From Acanthaster planci (lineage: Eukaryota), in NCBI RefSeq assembly GCF_001949145.1, contig NW_019091355.1, positions 5,033,518 to 5,097,517 on the forward strand: a stretch of DNA of 64,000 bases. Reading direction: 5' to 3'. The notes under the pieces were generated by a model. That model worked only from the letters and a program-made list of their open reading frames with translations. It did no database searches and was not told where the DNA came from. Below are positions 50,527 to 64,000 of this stretch, piece after piece; position 1 is the first letter of the stretch; the number at the start of each line of letters is the position of its first letter. The position numbers were made by a program, and so were the translations under genes.

Positions 50527-50892
50527 GGATCACTATAAATTCAGGGTCCAAAAATATGGCATTTTTATGTCCCTGTTAAAACTGACCTGTGTAATTTGAT
50601 GTAGAATTTTTTTACCATTGAAATTGACATCAGACTGTCTTCGTTAGGCAATTAATTCACCCTTGAAAGGAAAGAATGTGTTCTAAACAGTGCTGTAGTC
50701 CGAGCCACTTCATCCGAGTTTGAGTCCTTGCTATCGGAGTCCTTATGTTGGAGTCATTGAAAATCAGGGCTCGAGTCCGGACACGAGTCTGAATAACCCA
50801 AGTCCTCCAGCACTGGTTCTAAACTCACAAAATCATGTGTCAGATGTGACAGGGTCATGAACACAAATTGAACCAAATTTATAGAATGGCCC
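50527..50892 (+). mobile_element. MITE family 1 diverged copy interrupted by a nested element
   Basis: Similarity to the family at both ends; interrupted at GTTCTAAA. Confidence 0.7.
50688..50815. mobile_element. 128-bp hAT-type MITE with 8-bp TSD
   Basis: TIR CAGTGCTG...CAGCACTG; perfect GTTCTAAA duplication at 50680-50687 and 50816-50823; internal GAGTC repeats. Confidence 0.85.
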
Positions 50893-51001
50893 AAATCTGT
50901 AATTTCAACGCGGTAGTTTTGAGTCAAATAATATTGCTTTCATTTATCTTTGCATTATAAGTGACGGAGCAATATTGAGGCGAACACCTTCAGACTGGAG
51001 A

Positions 51002-51277
51002 ATGCGTCATTCCAGCATGAACAAACTCGGCCGAGTCATCTTGGGAGCCTCCCTGCTCGGTCTGGGGATACCCTACGTCCTAGTCGTTGCCGTGAACTGC
51101 CTCATGGGCTGGCCGAACAGCCGTCCGGAGGAGGGGAGCCGATTCCAACGGGCACTGCACCCCACCAGGGTTCTGAACCTGAACTATGTCTTCGTGCAGC
51201 AAGTTGGCATGTTGCAGTTCCTCCCCCTGTACCTTCGATTCTGGAAGTTTTACCGCGAAGCGGAAACCGTCACAAGG
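51002..51277 (+). CDS. Hydrolase coding exon 1 (MRHSSMNKLGRVILGASLLGLGIPYVLVVAV...ETVTR)
   Basis: Acceptor ending ~50961, ATG at 51002, donor AGG|GTGAAT phase 0; TM-like segment. Confidence 0.8.
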
Positions 51278-54200
51278 GTGAATATGTGTTACCCCTGGCT
51301 TCATAACTAGAGTCTACTTTAGGGGGGGGCTTTAGTTACTGGAGGAAGGCGTTGAATAAGATTTGTCGTAGTATCTAACACTGCAAAGCATTTTTTTACC
51401 TGTGTTTTCCAAATTTGTAGTCGGAGTTGGAAAGGACTAGCCTTGTGCAAGGGCTTGTCTGTTTGGGGGCCAAAATTTGTGAAGATTTCCTCATGAAATC
51501 TTTATGGCCTTTCTAGACAGGTGTGAGGCTGAATTGAGGGTCCCTTTCATTTTTTTTCATAATCTTAAAAGCCCAGGAAATGCTTTTTTTTTGGAAGGGG
51601 ATAAGGCTGTTCTCCCTTGCCTTCCCTGGATTTACCAATGGTCTTAAAAGAAGACCCCTACTGAAGCCATGGCCACCAGGATCTCTGTCTATCCCATTTC
51701 ATTGGAAAATTACTAGTCAACAAGTACTTGTTTGCCATTCTGACAACAGGACATCCCATATGGAAGGAACAGCAATACTCTAGATATATGGTGGCCCTCC
51801 GCTAACCAAAGCCTTGCCAAAGATGCCAGTAGTACAGACCCATCTCAGCAACATCGCAGACCAGTCTTCGTGTATGTTTATGGAGGTGCGTGGGGATCAG
51901 GTGACAAAAACCTGTACGGATTGCTGGCGCAGTCGCTGGCTGACAGATTGGAAGCCATTGTGTGTGTCCCCAACTACAGCATATACCCCAAGGTACTGCG
52001 GCTCCCGTGTACATTTAGATTAAAAGAAAATGTTGGCAATTTTCCAACTATCAAATAAATCTCCGTTTTCGGAGGGGGTGTTCAAGGCCTTTGTGTGCTT
52101 CAGCATTATGCTGCAGAATTTTGACACCAGTGTTTTAAGCATAGTATTCTCAGTCAACTCCTCCAAAGCAGAGTGGATCAACTCCCCCACCCCTGTTTAC
52201 TTAAAAAAAAACATCATACTCTCCTGTAGAGTGAACTTCAGATGACAATAATAGCAAAATCCTTTCTCCCATTCAACAGCGGCAGAATGATTTTCAAAGT
52301 GGAGGTCAGTTGTGAGACCATCGGACATCAGTCAACAAGACCGATCCATTAAGCCCCACCCTATGCTGTTCTGACCCAAAAATGGGGGGCCAATTTCCCC
52401 CCTGCCCCCGTACCACCACCCGTGCTTCCATTTGATTTTACATTTTGCATTTTTTCTCATACATGTACCTGTCAACAGTGAATTTCTATCTGATTTTTAG
52501 TTGTCATTTTGTTTTGATTGGAGCGCAACTGAAACCAGCTTCCATAACAATAGCTTTATATCAACAGAACATGAGCCATTTGTTCTTTTTCGTTTTTAAA
52601 AATTCGACTGCCTTCAGGGCATTGTAACTGACATGTTACACGATCTGGCAGACACCATTGCCTGGATCAAGACATCCGAGCTGATCAGGTCGCTCGGCGG
52701 CAGTCCAGAGCAGATCATCCTGTGCGGACACTCTGCAGGAGGGCATCTCGTTGCCATGGTTACTTTGAATTTGGCCCACAGGAGTGTGACTGAGGTAAAT
52801 GAAAGTGCCCTTTTGTACCCCTTGCCCCCAGTCAGCTTAAAAAGGGAAAGATCAGAATCTTACACAAAAATCTCTTGAGTTTTTAATCAGTATCCAGTGT
52901 ACCTTTCCCATTTGTCATGAAGTAGAAACATCAGCAATGAGGAATGCATGTTTCTATGTTTATTCGTTCCACCCAGATATCAACATCAAAATATGTTAAT
53001 TCTGTGAAAAACAATGTTTAAATCTTGGCTCATTCTCGCAATGAGATGTTTGTCCCCATCCATTCTGAAAGCATGTGTTTATAATAAATGCCTTCTACCG
53101 AGGGCTTTCCATGAAAGCCACTTAGCTTGTGAATGAACGACAACAGTCATGTAGTACTCAAGAATCTCAACTTTTTTAAATTTTCTATTCTGTATACTGC
53201 ACTGTATATTTTGTATTTTGCATGCTGTGGAATTTCAAAGTGTATAGATGTGAAGTGCCTTCCACTTGTTCCTAGTCCCAAATTCCAAAGTTGTTAATTA
53301 CCATTTCCAAAGTCACAGATAGGATCTTACAACTGCATAACCTTTCATACAGTGAAATATGCTATTTTCACCCCCAAAACATGCAAACATCTTTGGATTT
53401 CGTGCAGGGAGAGGAAGTGTACCAAGCAGTGATTTTTCTCAGTTTCAACACACTGCACTGGTTTACAGCACGTGGCGCAGAAAATATCAAAGCTGTTGTC
53501 ATTGGAAAGTGAACAACACGAAGCAGTATTCACATGGGCACATCATGCCGACATATTGCAACCACTGCATTTAACTGCAGTATTTGTCAAATCTCACTCA
53601 GTGTCTCCTCCAAAATGAAAAAAGTGCTTCTCCAAATGATTTGAATCACATGGATTTAAATTAAACAGATGATACATACTTTTTTTCAGGTACAGAATTC
53701 TGAGACCAGCAAATCCAGCTCTGAAGCGTTGAGCCTTCTGTCTTCTGTCCGAGGCGTTATTGCCATCAGTGGCGTGTTTGACATCGCTGACCACTACCAG
53801 TTTGAATCCTGGCGTGGAGTGGAAGACATGTCCTACATGTGGAGGGCCATGGATGGTCGGGCGAATTTTGCCAAGTACTCGCCAACTTTGGTGCTCAAGG
53901 AGTTGGATTCTCAACAGATTGCAAAGTGAGAATTGGAGACCGTTGAATGTCACCCATCCATCAGTGAAGTAGTCATTGCTAATATTTTTAAGTTAACCAC
54001 TGCCTGAAAACAGTGCACAGGGTAACGCATGAAAGCCAGGAGCATGAAAGCCAGGAACCTGGAAGTGTTAAATGGTACAGTGAGGAAAGCAATTCAGATT
54101 TCTTCGTTTTTTGAATGACTTTTACAAACCTGTCACAATCTGTGTTCTCTTTTTGTGACAGCCATTTCCAAATTGGGCAATCTGTGGCTTAGGATTTGTG

Positions 54201-54736
54201 CTATTAGGATGCACTGCAGTGACTAGCCATAGCCTGATATCAAAGACAGTGGATCAATGGGTCTCTTGGAAAATGTATTTGAATGCAAGCGATCTAAAGT
54301 CACTGCCATACCAAGGCATGAACCATGCCGTTTGATAATCCTTAATATTTTTCAGGACTTCACTGTTTTAACTATGATTCAGATATCTGAAGGGCTTGGC
54401 CTGCTAGTGACTAGAAATTCGAATGTAGATTTCACAGGTATTGGCATTCACTGTTGCAGGCTGCCACCTTTTATTCTCATCCACGGCACAGAGGATGGCA
54501 CCGTTCCAGTGTCTGCCTCTGAGAAGTTTGCCTCGGCCTTGTCAGAGGACGGAGCCCCTGTTTCCTTGGTGATCGTATCGGGAGGCGGGCACGCACCCTT
54601 GGTGCTGGACATGATGGAAGAGGGCCGGCCGTTCTACACCGAGATGACAACCGTGGTCATGGAGCATGTCAAAAGGGTCTTGCCCAGCAGCACACTTCCT
54701 AGACACCTGACTCCTCCGAAAGGCTCCACTGAGTAG
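51002..54736 (+). CDS. Alpha/beta-hydrolase (HSL-like family), isoprenylcysteine alpha-carbonyl methylesterase (ICME/PCME)-like, ~402 aa, five coding exons
   Basis: Exons 51002-51277, 51750-51992, 52618-52794, 53690-53925, 54460-54736 (phases 0,0,0,2). Oxyanion motif YGGAW, nucleophile GHSAG, acid in LPPFILIHGTED, His in GGGH; N-terminal hydrophobic segment. Confidence 0.85.
51750..51992 (+). CDS. Hydrolase coding exon 2 (DIPYGRNSNTLDIW...VYGGAWGSG...PNYSIYPK)
   Basis: Acceptor acaacag, donor AAG|GTACTG; HSL-family YG..LD and GGAW motifs. Confidence 0.9.
52618..52794 (+). CDS. Hydrolase coding exon 3 with catalytic Ser (GHSAG)
   Basis: Acceptor ccttcag, donor GAG|GTAAAT; IILCGHSAGGHL. Confidence 0.9.
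53690..53925 (+). CDS. Hydrolase coding exon 4 (VQNSE...ISGVFDIADHY...YSP...)
   Basis: Acceptor tttttttcag, donor AA|GTGAGA, phase 0->2. Confidence 0.88.
54460..54736 (+). CDS. Hydrolase terminal coding exon with catalytic Asp and His
   Basis: Acceptor ctgttgcag; LPPFILIHGTEDGTVP and GGGH; stop TAG ending 54736. Confidence 0.9.
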
Positions 54737-56844
54737 TGACCAATCGATGGCACATTCTTCTATGCGTCAAGCCCCATGTAAAGTGTGTAACAGCTGGACT
54801 CTGCTTTCCTCAATCCTGCAAAATCTTTCAAACGACAGGTTTGTCATAATTATTCCTTTAAACGCACAAATGAAGTTTATAATTTATTAAATTTAACTTT
54901 AAAGAGACTGGTTAAAAGATATGGTAAACTACCAGGAACTGAACTTTGCAACATAACTTTCAGCAAATGTATGCAAACGTTTCACAGATTTTTATTTCAG
55001 ATTTTTTTTATAAGCTTTATATTTTAGAAATAACTGTACGAAATATTGCAATATACACATGCAATTTACGGTAATAAATTATATCAGTATGACTTTTTCA
55101 TTCTCATGTGGCTCGTCAAATTGCCATTGATGAAATTAATAGAGGGTATTCATTGTTACTTTATATGGGATAACACGTTTTTAAACACAAAAATGTTTAA
55201 TCTTTATCATTAAAAGCTTCACATCAATTTTTGTACTTTTTTATATTTTGCTAAATGTGTAAAAATTATCTTCAGTTTTAAATTAAAGGTTAAGCTGTCA
55301 AACGGAGAAAATTGTTTCGTAAATGAAAACTAGCGTTAACAAGAAATTGCACTATTATTCATAATTTGTTGGAGTGATTTAATATTTCAACCAAGGGTGA
55401 ATCTGGAACCACCTATTTAGGGGGGAGTGCAAACTTGTTTGGGGAGCTAAAAATGTGAATTTTCTTATGTACTTCAGTCTGACCTTATTGAAGGTAAAGG
55501 CTACATTTTAGACCTTTTTACGCATTCGTTTGGAGCGAAGGGCAATGAAATAGACCAAAATATGCTTTCCTTTAATTAAAAAAGGGGGCTGGGGGCCAAG
55601 GGATCCACCCTTGATTTCAACTGATCGCAACAGTATGAATAAGAAGTCTCCTTATTCATTTCAAAATGCGCCATTAATTCCCAGGTAAAGAACCTGGACG
55701 CATTTCTGTCATACAAAGGCCTCATTACACAAAATAATAACAGACGATATTCTACAACTCGATGAGTTCTCTGAATTTCAGCCACGATTGATAAGCTTCA
55801 AATTTAGCATCATATTTTCAATTCACCTCCTTTTTCATAATGTGCGGGCACAGAGAGTTTGGATTTCAACACTGTCGTCCACAAACTATTTAATAAAAAA
55901 TAAACACTACGAGAATGTAACCCAGCACCTTGGCTGCGAATTTCACACAGATTTGGACACAAGTCCAGGTTCAGACTGCAGGAAACCTTAGTTTATCGTT
56001 CCAGCAGTGTGATAATTGACCAACAGTGCCAGGTAAGTCAGTTGACCTGTAGTGGATATCAACATCAATAAACATAGCGTCCTTCCATAGCAAAGTGTGT
56101 CATAAGTGTTGTTTACCAAAGTACAGCCAATTTTCGGCATAGTGCTCAGCACACCGGTACTCTGAGTACTTTACCGACTGTCGGCTTTGCTTTTGGTAAA
56201 TGACACTTATGACACACTTTGCTATGGAAGGAAGCCATGTTTGTTACCCACTACAGGATCACGTGACTTGGCAGGTGCTATCGGTCTATTAGTTTCAACA
56301 AAATCCGTCAGAGTGTTCTGGTCGCAACTGGCTTGTCCAGTTAGTGCACAACGACAATGTACCACTTCAAAAACAGCCCTTGGTATTGAACACATTCAAG
56401 GGCTCACAAATCACATCAAGTTCTGTGCTTTTTCACTGGTTCTCTAAAACAAAGGCCAAAAATGACCTTGCAAAATGGACCGCCTAAAATGTGAACCGAT
56501 GAATTTCATGGTCTACATACCAGATATGTAGGCTGTACAACAGAAGTTTGGGTTCAAAATGGTATCTTAAATAACATTGTACATAATAATTTACAGCGAC
56601 TGTCTTTGGTAACTGAAACAGTTACATTTTATGCAATTTTGCATTGGGAACAAGTGAACTTTAACCCTCCTATGCTAAAGTCACTCTTTGGGTCACTTGG
56701 TAAACACCTCAAAGAAGCACAGCTGTGTCATGTTGTACACTGCACCAACATGCAAGAGAGTGACCTTGGGCACTTGTGCATATTTGTGCTGTAAAACTAA
56801 AGGAGGGTTAATGATAGATTTGCGTATTTATTAAGTCAGCACGC

Positions 56845-63728
<6,884 letters not shown>

Positions 63729-64000
63729 TTAAGGAATTTTAGAGATTTTCCAGCAGGGAAAAAAATAATTGTAAATTTTGATATGCACTTTGCAACTGTT
63801 TTACTATCACGAAGTTGTGAGTAAAAGGTTTACGTAAATTTCTCTACTTTTCCTTTTATTTTTTTACCAGGAAGTATAAGTAATTCTTAAACATTTTAAA
63901 AAATTTACTGTCCTCATTTACAGAGTATGCATATTTCAAATGCCCTTTATCAAAGATTGCGATAATCAACTCAGGAATACAAGCAAGTAATATGCACAAG

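Overview
Eukaryotic, intron-rich genomic DNA with two assembly gaps. The repeat content and frequent TACATGTA motifs suggest a marine invertebrate, probably an echinoderm such as a sea star (inference). I reconstructed three genes by hand from splice signals and intron phases. (1) The 3' nine coding exons of a catalytically intact poly(ADP-ribose) glycohydrolase (PARG) on the minus strand, 63710->56845. (2) A complete ~402-aa alpha/beta-hydrolase resembling isoprenylcysteine methylesterase (ICME-like), with an N-terminal hydrophobic segment, on the plus strand (CDS 51002-54736), convergent with PARG. (3) Head-to-head with the hydrolase, an unidentified minus-strand gene whose tiny phase-compatible exons span ~46.6 kb (49364->2766) and give only a ~110-aa protein. 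Its introns hold several candidate phase-0 alternative first exons (one transmembrane, one basic/hydrophobic, others soluble) and dense clusters of transcription-factor motifs, which suggests a variable-N-terminus / short constant-C-terminus locus. The introns also carry MITEs (one nested, with an 8-bp TSD), an L2 LINE 3' end, SINE fragments and a 93-bp tandem repeat. Most ORFs in the supplied track are spurious. No database searches were run.
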